Source of the DNA: an uncultured Ruminococcus sp.
GTDB taxonomy: Bacteria; Bacillota; Clostridia; Oscillospirales; CAG-382
NCBI GenBank assembly: GCA_964571635.1
Contig: CAZNCN010000003.1
Span: 28,007-92,006 of the forward strand
Reading direction: 5' to 3'
DNA: 64,000 nucleotides
Under the pieces are notes generated by a model. It saw only the letters and a list, made by a program, of their open reading frames with translations, was not told the DNA's origin and did no database searches. This document shows positions 9,796 to 19,012 of this stretch, in pieces. Positions within the stretch are counted from its first letter, which is position 1. Each line of letters begins with the position of its first letter. A program made the translations under genes and the position numbers.

Positions 9796-10857
9796 TCACC
9801 CAAAGACCCTCATGGCTTTGCCTGTTGCAAGGGTCACGGTGTCGGAATTATCGGGTGTTTCGGTCAGAACGGCAATATCGCCCGTGCGAGATGCAGGTAT
9901 CGGATGCACCGTCAGCGCTTCGATGACATCAGACAAAACGGCGTTTGCCGTCGGCAGGCTGCCTGCTCCCCTGCCGTAAAGCACGACCTCGTCGGCGGTT
10001 TCGCCGAGTATGCTGACTGCGTTATACGATCCGCCGACAGAGGCGAATATATGCTCCTTATGCACCAGCATCGGGCTTACAGAAAGAACTATTCCGTTAT
10101 TCCTGCGCTCTGCCATTGCTATAAGCTTGACGGCATATCCGAGTGCATCGGCAGCTGCGAGATCTTCGTATGACACCTCTGTAATGCCCTCGACGTGCGA
10201 TATTTGGTCATAGCCGATAAATCTGTCCCATGCGATGCCGCCCAGAATGCATATCTTGCGTGCCGCATCGTGTCCGCATATATCCGCTGTGGGATCGGCC
10301 TCTGCAAATCCGAGCCTTTGCGCCATGGCGAGTGCCTCATCGAACGGCAATTTGCTCTCTGCCATCCTGGTCAGAATGAAATTCGTCGTGCCGTTGAGAA
10401 TGCCTGCAACGCGCCTGATGTTGCCCCATGCAAGGCAATTCCGCAATGTGTGCACGCACGGAATGCCGCCGCCTGCTGATGCCTCATAGAGGTACGAAGC
10501 GTTATTCCTGCGTGCCTCTGCCTCAAGCTCCTCGCCGTATCTTTCGACGCACTCTTTGTTTGAGGTGACAACGCTCTTGCCTGCGCGAAGCGCCTTTAAG
10601 GTAAATTCGTATGCCGGATGCAGTCCGCCCATAGCCTCGACGACGACCTCTGTCTCGGGATCCGAGATCACCTTGTCGATGTCTGATGTAACTCTGTCAG
10701 CAAGCGGATGTCCGTCGAAGGTGCGCCTGTCAAGAATATGCGATATTTCTATACCTTCGTCACCAAGGCGGCTTTTGATCTGCTTTGAATTTATATTTAT
10801 GGCATCAAACACGCCGCCACCGACAGTGCCGAAGCCGAGAATTGCTATTTTGCGCAT
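9796..10857 (-). CDS. hom: Homoserine dehydrogenase
   Basis: The start is taken at MRKIAILGFGTVGGGV (Rossmann motif). A C-terminal ACT-like region is present. Confidence 0.9.
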   Translation of the reverse strand: MRKIAILGFGTVGGGVFDAININSKQIKSRLGDEGIEISHILDRRTFDGHPLADRVTSDIDKVISDPETEVVVEAMGGLHPAYEFTLKALRAGKSVVTSNKECVERYGEELEAEARRNNASYLYEASAGGGIPCVHTLRNCLAWGNIRRVAGILNGTTNFILTRMAESKLPFDEALAMAQRLGFAEADPTADICGHDAARKICILGGIAWDRFIGYDQISHVEGITEVSYEDLAAADALGYAVKLIAMAERRNNGIVLSVSPMLVHKEHIFASVGGSYNAVSILGETADEVVLYGRGAGSLPTANAVLSDVIEALTVHPIPASRTGDIAVLTETPDNSDTVTLATGKAMRVFG

Positions 10858-10957
10858 AATTATCCTCACAAAAATGATTTTTATATATTTTACCATATCA
10901 AGACGCTGTTTGCAAGTCAAACCTTAAGCACATATACTGTTAAAAAAGAGGTGTATT

Positions 10958-11182
10958 ATGTTTGTTATATTTGTTTTGACTTCGGTCACCTATGCAATGA
11001 AAGGGCAGGAATTATTGGAAAAGCACAGCATCGACGCAAAACTCACGAGGCAAGCGGCAATAAAAGCGGTCAAAGGCTGCGGATATGGGCTCAAGGTCGA
11101 TGCGACGGCAGAGGGCACGGCGCAGAGAATACTCGAGGGTGCCGAAATAAAAATACTGGGCAAGGTGATGGTGCGTGAATGA
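10958..11182 (+). CDS. DUF3343-like small protein (putative S/Se carrier-like)
   Basis: The 74-aa product shows the pattern VIFVLTSVTYAMKGQELLEKHSI...GCGYGLKVD. It has an AAGAGGTG RBS and an ATGA overlap with the next gene. Confidence 0.55.
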   Translation: MFVIFVLTSVTYAMKGQELLEKHSIDAKLTRQAAIKAVKGCGYGLKVDATAEGTAQRILEGAEIKILGKVMVRE

Positions 11183-12306
11183 TATATTTTGACAATGCGG
11201 CAACAGGGTTTCCAAAGCACCCTGCCTGCAAAAAGGCTATTTGCGATGCGCTGATTACTTGTGCCAACAGCGGCCGCAGCGTATACAAGGCGGCTGACGA
11301 GGCGGCGAGAGTGCTGTTTCTGGCTCGAAGCAGGCTTGCAGAATTATTCGGTGCAAAGCCCGAAAACGTCGTTCTGACACAAAACGCCACGCACGCCCTC
11401 AACCTCGCTATCAAGGGCGCTTCAACCCGTAATTCAACACGCAAAAGAGAGATCATCATCAGCAACTTCGAGCACAATGCGGTGATCAGACCGTCTTTTG
11501 CGGCGTTCGAGAGTGTCAAAACCTTTGAAGTCGACCTGCACGACGACAAAAGGACACTTAAAAACTTTGCTTCGACACTCTCAAATCGCACCTCACTCGT
11601 CTGCTTTACCTATGCCTCAAACGTCTGCGGCAAAGTATTGCCTGTCAAAAAGCTGACAGAGATAGCCAAATCGAGAGGCTTGACGGTGATAGTCGATGCT
11701 TCGCAGGCAGCAGGACATTTCAAAATAGACCTCGCCGAGCTCGGTGCAGATATTTTGTGCCTGCCATGCCACAAGGGGCTTTATGCTCCGACAGGCACAG
11801 GTGCACTGATAGCGGCAGACGGCGTTTCGATTGCACCGCTCATCGAGGGCGGCACAGGCACTGCTTCAAGAGAAAAAAACATGCCAAAGTTCCTGCCCGA
11901 GCGGCTCGAGGCAGGCACGATGAACATATGCGGAGCTGCGGCGATAGCTGCCGCTTGCAGTGATTTTGTTTATCCCACAAACGAAAAAGATATATTCCGC
12001 TATCTTTTGTCCTCGCTCAAAGACACAGGTGCAGTTCTCTACGGTGCACCCGAAAGAGAGAGCGAAAACTATCTGCCGCTTATTGCGTTCAATAAGCCGG
12101 AGTTTCAGCCCGAGCGGCTCGCCGAATTATTGGCGATACACGGCATTTGCGTCAGAGCCGGGCTTCACTGCGCACCGACGGCACACAGTGCGCTCGGCAC
12201 AGGCAAAAGCGGCTGCGTCAGGCTGAGCATCGGCAGGTATAACACTATGGATGAAGCAGAGGAATTTATGCGAATACTCCGCTCGATCGCAGGCGATAAA
12301 TCTTGA
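11179..12306 (+). CDS. Class V aminotransferase-fold PLP enzyme (cysteine desulfurase/selenocysteine lyase family)
   Basis: The PLP-lysine context is LPCHKGLYAP. The overall pattern is class V and the C-terminal region is RLSIGRYNT. Confidence 0.8.
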   Translation: MIYFDNAATGFPKHPACKKAICDALITCANSGRSVYKAADEAARVLFLARSRLAELFGAKPENVVLTQNATHALNLAIKGASTRNSTRKREIIISNFEHNAVIRPSFAAFESVKTFEVDLHDDKRTLKNFASTLSNRTSLVCFTYASNVCGKVLPVKKLTEIAKSRGLTVIVDASQAAGHFKIDLAELGADILCLPCHKGLYAPTGTGALIAADGVSIAPLIEGGTGTASREKNMPKFLPERLEAGTMNICGAAAIAAACSDFVYPTNEKDIFRYLLSSLKDTGAVLYGAPERESENYLPLIAFNKPEFQPERLAELLAIHGICVRAGLHCAPTAHSALGTGKSGCVRLSIGRYNTMDEAEEFMRILRSIAGDKS

Positions 12307-12392
12307 CACAGGCAAAGGTTTATGGTATTCTTTAAAAATAAGCTTTGATTCGTTTTTTATGTTCAGGGCAATCATCAAAGGGAAGTTTTATC

Positions 12393-14672
12393 ATGGAAAA
12401 TGCGACACGTTTAATAGCCGAGCGTCTGCACATGGCGCGTACAAATGCCGACAAGACCGCTGCCGAAATGGCTGCTGCGGCAGGCATTACCGAGCAGGAA
12501 TATTTGAGGCTCGAGCAGGGCGACAGCGACTATTCGTTTACCTTTTTATACAAATGTGCGACCGCACTCGGCATGGACATCGCCGAGCTCGTAAGTGGCG
12601 AAGACCCAAAACTGAAGTTTTACAACATCAACCGCAAGGGCGATGGTATGCCTATCAAGAGGCGTGTCGGCTTTAATTACCGCCACATCGCACCGATGCT
12701 CAAAAACCGTGCGGCAGAGCCGTTTATCGTCACGGCAAAATACGATGCTTCAGAGCAGGATCAACCCATACGCTGCTCTACGCACAAGGGTCAGGAATTT
12801 GACTATATCATCAGCGGTCAGCTCAAAATAAGGCTCGGCGACCACACCGAAGTGCTGAGCGAAGGCGACAGCGTTTATTATGACTCGTCACATCCTCACG
12901 GAATGATCGCCGTCGGCGGCACAGACTGCGTGTTTATGGCGATAGTATTCAAGTCGGCGGGCGAATCCGAGCTTGACATTGAGCCTGTCGCCATTGACGA
13001 GCAGCAGGCAAAAGTCAGAGAAAGAGAAAGCATATATGACGACCTGATATATCACGATTTCTGCATCGAGACCAAGGACGCAGAGGGCAGGCTCGTAGGC
13101 TTTGATATTACCCCTCCCGCAGACTTCAACTTTGCCTTTGATGTCGTCGACAGGCTCGCAGTCAAATGCGGCAATAAAACCGCTATGGTCTGGGTGGATG
13201 ACGACATGACCGAAAAGCGCTTTACGTTCCGCGACATATCGCGTGAATCCTCAAAGGCGGCAAGCTTCTTTAAAGAGCTCGGCATCAAAAAGGGTGACAG
13301 GGTCATGCTGGTGCTCAAGCGCAGATATCAATTCTGGTTTGCGATGCTCGGTCTGCACAAGCTCGGCGCAATCGCTATTCCTGCGACAGATCAGCTCGTG
13401 CAGAAAGATTTTGAATACCGCTTCAATGCCGCAGGAGTTTCGGCGATAGTCTGCACCTATGACGGCGAATCGTCGGCGGAGGCTGCAAAAGCGGCGGCAA
13501 ATTGCGACACGATGAAGCACCTCATCATAGCAGGCGGCAAAAAAGACGGCTTCATCAGCTTTGACGACGGCATAGCAAACGCTTCCGAAACATTCGAGCG
13601 CAAAGATACCTCAAAAAACGACCCCCTGCTCATGTTCTTTACCTCGGGCACGACGGGCTACCCAAAGATCGCACTTCACAAGGCGACCTATCCGCTCGGA
13701 CACATCATCACAGCGCGCTATTGGCAACACGTCGACCCCAACGGTCTGCATCTCACCACATCGGACACCGGCTGGGGCAAAGCGCTCTGGGGCAAGCTCT
13801 ATGGTCAGTGGCTGTGCGAGAGTGCAATATTCGTATACAACTATGAACGCTTCAGCGCCGCAAAAATGCTGCCGATGTTTGCAAAATACGGCATAACCAC
13901 ATTCTGTGCTCCTCCGACGATATACAGATTTCTGATCAAAGAAGATCTCTCGCAATACGACTTTTCGTCACTCAAGCATGCGGCTACGGCAGGCGAAGCG
14001 TTGAACCCCGAGGTGCTCGTCAGATTTTATGAGGCAACAGGCCTGACAATAACCGAGGGCTTCGGTCAGACCGAAACTACCATGACCATAGGCAACCTCT
14101 ACGGCGAGCCTATCAAGCCGGGCTCAATGGGCAAGCCCTCACCTGCATACAAAGTCATGCTGCTTCGTGAGGACGGCTCTGAATGTGCCATCGGTGAAAC
14201 GGGCGAGATAGCGATAGATGCTTCAAAAGATCCGTGCGGGCTCTTTGACTGCTATTACAGGTCGCCCGAGCAGACGAACGCCGTCAAGCACGACGGAATA
14301 TACCGCACAGGCGATACCGCGTGGCGTGACGAGGACGGCTATTATTGGTTTGTCGGACGTGCCGACGACGTCATCAAGTCGTCGGGCTATCGCATAGGCC
14401 CGTTTGAGATCGAAAGTGTCATTATGGAATTGCCTTATGTGCTCGAGTGCGCCGTAATAGGCGTTCCCGACGACATCCGCGGACAGGTCGTCAAGGCGTT
14501 TATAGTGCTCACAAAAGGCAAAACAGGTGACGATGCGACTGTCAAAGAGATACAGGACTATGTCAAGTCGCACACCGCACCCTATAAATATCCTCGCAGG
14601 GTCTGCTTTGTTGAGAGCCTGCCAAAGACTATCAGCGGCAAGATCATTCGCACTGCGCTCAAGAATATGTGA
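12393..14672 (+). CDS. Fusion protein: XRE-type HTH + cupin + AMP-forming acyl-CoA synthetase
   Basis: The N-terminal HTH is AAEMAAAAGITEQEYLRLEQG. The cupin region is GQEFDYIISGQLKIRLGD...HPHGM. The adenylation motifs are FFTSGTTGYPK and YRTGD, with a C-terminal SGKI. Confidence 0.85.
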   Translation: MENATRLIAERLHMARTNADKTAAEMAAAAGITEQEYLRLEQGDSDYSFTFLYKCATALGMDIAELVSGEDPKLKFYNINRKGDGMPIKRRVGFNYRHIAPMLKNRAAEPFIVTAKYDASEQDQPIRCSTHKGQEFDYIISGQLKIRLGDHTEVLSEGDSVYYDSSHPHGMIAVGGTDCVFMAIVFKSAGESELDIEPVAIDEQQAKVRERESIYDDLIYHDFCIETKDAEGRLVGFDITPPADFNFAFDVVDRLAVKCGNKTAMVWVDDDMTEKRFTFRDISRESSKAASFFKELGIKKGDRVMLVLKRRYQFWFAMLGLHKLGAIAIPATDQLVQKDFEYRFNAAGVSAIVCTYDGESSAEAAKAAANCDTMKHLIIAGGKKDGFISFDDGIANASETFERKDTSKNDPLLMFFTSGTTGYPKIALHKATYPLGHIITARYWQHVDPNGLHLTTSDTGWGKALWGKLYGQWLCESAIFVYNYERFSAAKMLPMFAKYGITTFCAPPTIYRFLIKEDLSQYDFSSLKHAATAGEALNPEVLVRFYEATGLTITEGFGQTETTMTIGNLYGEPIKPGSMGKPSPAYKVMLLREDGSECAIGETGEIAIDASKDPCGLFDCYYRSPEQTNAVKHDGIYRTGDTAWRDEDGYYWFVGRADDVIKSSGYRIGPFEIESVIMELPYVLECAVIGVPDDIRGQVVKAFIVLTKGKTGDDATVKEIQDYVKSHTAPYKYPRRVCFVESLPKTISGKIIRTALKNM

Positions 14673-14693
14673 CAGCAAAAGAGGAAACACAAA

Positions 14694-16154
14694 GTGAAGA
14701 CTCTATTTTCAAAATTCGTGACCGTCTTTGCGCTGCTGCTCGCCTTCTGCACATTGCTGATTGTGCTGGTAACTATCTCGTCACTGACCGATTCTAACAT
14801 CGACAGGCACTATCAGACTGTTAGGCAAACTGCAGAAGCGGTCAACCTGCTGTCCGAAGCATCTAATTACAGGACTGCCGCCGACGAGGCGCTCAAAGAG
14901 CGGTTTTACAGCTCGGTAGGTCGCGTGTGCGCAAGCTCGGTGTGCAATGTCTGCATAGCCGACAAGGACGGCTTGATATTATTCTCTACGCTTTCGTCCG
15001 AAATGTGCGGCAAGACTATCCCCTCTGATTATTTCACTTATGTTTATTCAGATGGATTCATGCGCGATGCCGATGACCTGAGCGGACTGCTCGGCACAAA
15101 GAGCCTTTATATATGCAGATATATCACAGGCAGCGATGCGGTTCTGCTCGTGTTTGACACGACAGTTGAAGGCTCTGAGCTCGACGAGCGCATGGTCAGC
15201 TCGCTCATCATAACCGCACTATGGCTTCTGGTGCTCGCAACGACGATATTATATTTCGTAACAGAGCGAGCAACGTATGAGATACGCGAGATAGCGCAGG
15301 TGTCAGAGGAGTTTGCAAACGGCAATTTCACGTCACGAGTGACTATCCCCGACAACGCCGAGATAGCGCGTGTGGCGACGGCGTTCAACAAGATGGCAGA
15401 CTCGCTCGAGGCGCTCGAAACGATGCGATCATCGTTCCTTGCCAACGTCAGCCACGATCTGCGCACTCCGATGACTATTATTGCAGGATATGTCAATAAT
15501 ATGCTTGACGGCTCTATTCCGCCCGAAAAGCACGAGCATTACCTCGAGATAATACTCGGCGAGATACAGCGACTTTCGAGGCTCGTCAGCACGCTTTTGG
15601 ACATCTCAAAGCTCGAGGCAGGCACAGGTGCTTTGCGCAGGTCTGATTTCTGCTTTTCCGAAACGGCACGGCTTGTGCTCATCTCGTGCGAGGAGCGCAT
15701 AGAGCAAAAGAAGCTCGACATCATTTTTGACAACGACGTCGACGTGTATGTCAACGCTGATCAGGATGCGATACACAAATGCCTGTTCAACCTGCTTGAC
15801 AACGCAATCAAATTTGCGCCCGAGCGTGGCTTTATCAGGATCTCAATCTCAGAAACACATACCGACGGTGTGCGCAAGGCACGCTTTGCGATATGCAACA
15901 ACGGCGAATGCGTGCCGCCGGACGAGCTTTCGCACATATTCGACCGCTTTTATAAGAGCGACAGATCGCGTAACCTTGACAAAACAGGCACCGGACTCGG
16001 ACTTTATATCGTTCGCACGACAATCGTCGCTCATGGTGAAGACATCGTTTGCACGTCCTCGCAGGAGGCGGGCACAGAATTTGTTTTTACATTGCCTGCT
16101 ATCGACTCGCCCAAAAAATCGCACGGCAAGCAAATAATCGATATAGACACCTGA
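14694..16154 (+). CDS. Sensor histidine kinase (2 TM, HAMP, HisKA, HATPase_c); no response regulator in the window
   Basis: It has a GTG start with an AGAGGAA RBS. The H-box is FLANVSHDLRTPMT, the N-box LLDNAIKF and the G-boxes GTGLGL. Confidence 0.9.
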   Translation: MKTLFSKFVTVFALLLAFCTLLIVLVTISSLTDSNIDRHYQTVRQTAEAVNLLSEASNYRTAADEALKERFYSSVGRVCASSVCNVCIADKDGLILFSTLSSEMCGKTIPSDYFTYVYSDGFMRDADDLSGLLGTKSLYICRYITGSDAVLLVFDTTVEGSELDERMVSSLIITALWLLVLATTILYFVTERATYEIREIAQVSEEFANGNFTSRVTIPDNAEIARVATAFNKMADSLEALETMRSSFLANVSHDLRTPMTIIAGYVNNMLDGSIPPEKHEHYLEIILGEIQRLSRLVSTLLDISKLEAGTGALRRSDFCFSETARLVLISCEERIEQKKLDIIFDNDVDVYVNADQDAIHKCLFNLLDNAIKFAPERGFIRISISETHTDGVRKARFAICNNGECVPPDELSHIFDRFYKSDRSRNLDKTGTGLGLYIVRTTIVAHGEDIVCTSSQEAGTEFVFTLPAIDSPKKSHGKQIIDIDT

Positions 16155-16212
16155 TTCTTTAAGCGTTTTTTAAGAGAAACGGATTATAATTGTTTCAGAA
16201 ACATAGAAAGGA

Positions 16213-17634
16213 ATGATGACTATGTCAGAGCAAGATAACAACTTCGGCAATCAGTCCGAACAGGGTCAGTATCAAGCACCCGAAACGCCGCAGCAAAATG
16301 CAGCGCCGACAGAAAATCAGATACCCAGACCACAATACAACCAATATAACCAATACAGCCAATACCAGGCGCCGCAATATAATCAGCAATACGGTCAGTA
16401 CGGCACACAGGGACAGGGCTATAACTATCAGTGGCAGAGCGGACAAAAGCCACCCAAAAAGAACGGCGGCTTAAAAGCCTTTGCCATCGCCGCGACCGCA
16501 TGTCTGCTGGTCGTGCTGATACTCGTCACTGCGGTGCTTTATAACAGCGACAACAGCGGCGACACGTCGGCCGTTCCGTCTGCATCGGGCACTTCTTCAA
16601 GCGAAGGTGTGCTCAGCACACCCGACAAGGATGATGTCAGCTATACAGAGTTTATCTCAACGGGCGACATGGCACAATTGCCTGCGTCGGAGTACAGTGA
16701 GATATACGAGAAATGCTCAAAATCGTGCGTTTCTGTCATCACAAACAGCGCACTCGGCAGCGGCTTTGTCATCGATAATAACGGTCACATAATGACCAAC
16801 CACCACGTCATCGAGGGCGCAAAGACCATCAAGGTCAGATTTTATAACGGCGACGAATACAGTGCCGAGCTTATAGGCAGCGACGATGCAAGCGACGTTG
16901 CAGTGCTCAAGATAGATGCAAACGACCTCGTTCCTATCGAGATCGGCAATTCAGACGCAGTCAAGGTCGGTGATTCTGTCTCAGCGATAGGCACACCTTA
17001 TGACCTTTCATTGGCAGGAACTATGACCCCCGGCATAATCAGCGGCATAGCGCGTGATGTCGACGTCACCAACGATTATGGCACGGTAGTCAAGACCATG
17101 ACACTTTTGCAGACCAGCACACCTATCAACCCGGGCAACTCGGGCGGGCCGCTGATCAACATGGCAGGTCAGGTCATCGGCATAACCACCTTGAAGCTGA
17201 TGGACGAATATGAGGGTCTCGGATTTGCAATCCCCATCAACAATGCAGTCACTATCGCCAACATCATTCTCACGCACGGCGAGGTGATAAACAGACCCGA
17301 CAACGACATCGTCACCGTCACCCCCAAGCTCAACATCACGATAATCAATTCCGATTACGCTGTCGAAGCAGGCTATTTCACGACAACTCCGCCCGAGGGC
17401 GTAATGGTCGTCGAGATCTCGCGCAGATCGGCAATATATCAGGCAGGTCTCGAGCTTTATGACGTCATTTATGACTTTAACGGCACAGAGATAAAGACCA
17501 AAGAGGATCTCGCAGCCGCACTCAAAAAATACAGTGCAGGCACAACTGTAACCGTCAAGGCATACAGATCGGACCGCCGCGGCGAAAACTGGCAGACAGT
17601 CGAGATCTCATTCAAGCTTGAATCGGCAAGCTGA
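16213..17634 (+). CDS. htrA: HtrA/DegP-family serine protease with PDZ domain and Q/N/Y-rich N-terminus
   Basis: The catalytic triad contexts are TNHHV, DVAVLK and GNSGGPL. A TM segment and a C-terminal PDZ-like region are present. Confidence 0.9.
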   Translation: MMTMSEQDNNFGNQSEQGQYQAPETPQQNAAPTENQIPRPQYNQYNQYSQYQAPQYNQQYGQYGTQGQGYNYQWQSGQKPPKKNGGLKAFAIAATACLLVVLILVTAVLYNSDNSGDTSAVPSASGTSSSEGVLSTPDKDDVSYTEFISTGDMAQLPASEYSEIYEKCSKSCVSVITNSALGSGFVIDNNGHIMTNHHVIEGAKTIKVRFYNGDEYSAELIGSDDASDVAVLKIDANDLVPIEIGNSDAVKVGDSVSAIGTPYDLSLAGTMTPGIISGIARDVDVTNDYGTVVKTMTLLQTSTPINPGNSGGPLINMAGQVIGITTLKLMDEYEGLGFAIPINNAVTIANIILTHGEVINRPDNDIVTVTPKLNITIINSDYAVEAGYFTTTPPEGVMVVEISRRSAIYQAGLELYDVIYDFNGTEIKTKEDLAAALKKYSAGTTVTVKAYRSDRRGENWQTVEISFKLESAS

Positions 17635-17651
17635 TCAATAAAAGCTATATT

Positions 17652-17678
17652 AAAAAGCGCCTCGATGGCGCTTTTTTT
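17652..17678. terminator. Bidirectional terminator between htrA and the MFS gene
   Basis: AAAAAGCGCC/GGCGCTTTTT hairpin flanked by an A-run and a T-run. Confidence 0.75.
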
Positions 17679-17694
17679 AATTGCTTAATATGCT

Positions 17695-18885
17695 TTATTT
17701 ACCCTTTTTGATCATTGGCAGCGTGGCGATGGCGAGCAGTGTTCCGGCTATTCCGACGGCTGCCCAGATGACTGTGACAGAATGCCAGCCTATGCGGTCT
17801 GATATTTCTGAGATACCATAAGTCGAGATCGCCGCACCGACATACGATGCAAAATTAAGCAGTCCCGAATAGAATGCCACTCCCCCGCTCTTGCCAAACC
17901 TCGCAGGAACGGCGGCGGTGAGCATACAGTTTGTGCCGTGCATACAACCGACGACTATTGCAGGCAAAAGCACGGCGGCAAAGCGTGACGAATCAAAGAC
18001 ATACGGCAGAATGCAGAGCGCTATGGCGGCTATGCCAAATTCAACGGCGACACAAAGCATCTCGTTCTTAAAACGCTTGCCGTAAAGCCTTGCGGTCAAT
18101 TCATAGCAGACGACGCTGAATATGGGCAATACGACGCTCGACATTATCGAGCTGCTGCTCGAAAGCTCGAAGGTGTCCATTATATAAACAGGCAGCCATG
18201 TGGTTATGCCGTCACGCAGCATTCCCATAGCGACTATGCACAGCATAATTACAGCGATAGAGGCAGGCATCTTGGGCACTGCGAGCTTTTTGCCGACAGG
18301 CTTTGGCACACTCTCTGCCTCGAGCCTTACACCACGCATCGAGATAAACCAGATCGCTGCGGCAACTATGCCTATCGTAAACGAAATATAAAACACAGTC
18401 TGCCAGTTAAAGTATTTTATTACCACAGGCGAAAGCAGATAAAGCAGCATCGTGGCAAGGCTGCTGCCAAAGAACACGTGTGCGCACGACCTCATATATC
18501 TGTCGCCCAAAAGCCTGATCATTATTCTTGCCATCGGAGGCCACAAAAGTGCCTGGCAAAAGCCGTTTATGCACCACAGCACGCATAACAATACTCCGCT
18601 CGTGACAAACGGTACAAAAAGGTTTATCGTTGCCGAAACAGACAGTCCGACACCCATAAGCATAACGGGGTTTATCCTGTCGCCCAGCCAGCCGCTGACT
18701 ATCTGACCTGCGCCGTAAACTATAAACAGTCCTATCGTGCAGGCGGTAAGCTCCTGCTTTGTAAACGCCTCTGCGGCTATCATTTCGGCAAGGCAGACGG
18801 TCACGCCCTGTCTCGTCATATATCCCGCAAAATAGACCGCCGCACACAGCAGGGTCAATTTTGTTCCGTTCATCTGCTTCATCAC
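17695..18885 (-). CDS. MFS transporter
   Basis: The 396-aa product has about 12 hydrophobic segments and the MFS-like loop motif GWLGDRINP. Confidence 0.8.
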   Translation of the reverse strand: MMKQMNGTKLTLLCAAVYFAGYMTRQGVTVCLAEMIAAEAFTKQELTACTIGLFIVYGAGQIVSGWLGDRINPVMLMGVGLSVSATINLFVPFVTSGVLLCVLWCINGFCQALLWPPMARIMIRLLGDRYMRSCAHVFFGSSLATMLLYLLSPVVIKYFNWQTVFYISFTIGIVAAAIWFISMRGVRLEAESVPKPVGKKLAVPKMPASIAVIMLCIVAMGMLRDGITTWLPVYIMDTFELSSSSSIMSSVVLPIFSVVCYELTARLYGKRFKNEMLCVAVEFGIAAIALCILPYVFDSSRFAAVLLPAIVVGCMHGTNCMLTAAVPARFGKSGGVAFYSGLLNFASYVGAAISTYGISEISDRIGWHSVTVIWAAVGIAGTLLAIATLPMIKKGK

Positions 18886-19012
18886 TCGACTCCGTTCAAA
18901 ACATCAAATCAGATCGCTAAAAATAATAACATTATATTATAACATACAAATATGAACAAGCTGTTATTGACACGAAATTGTTTTTGTGCAATAATAAGCG
19001 AGAGGTGATGAT

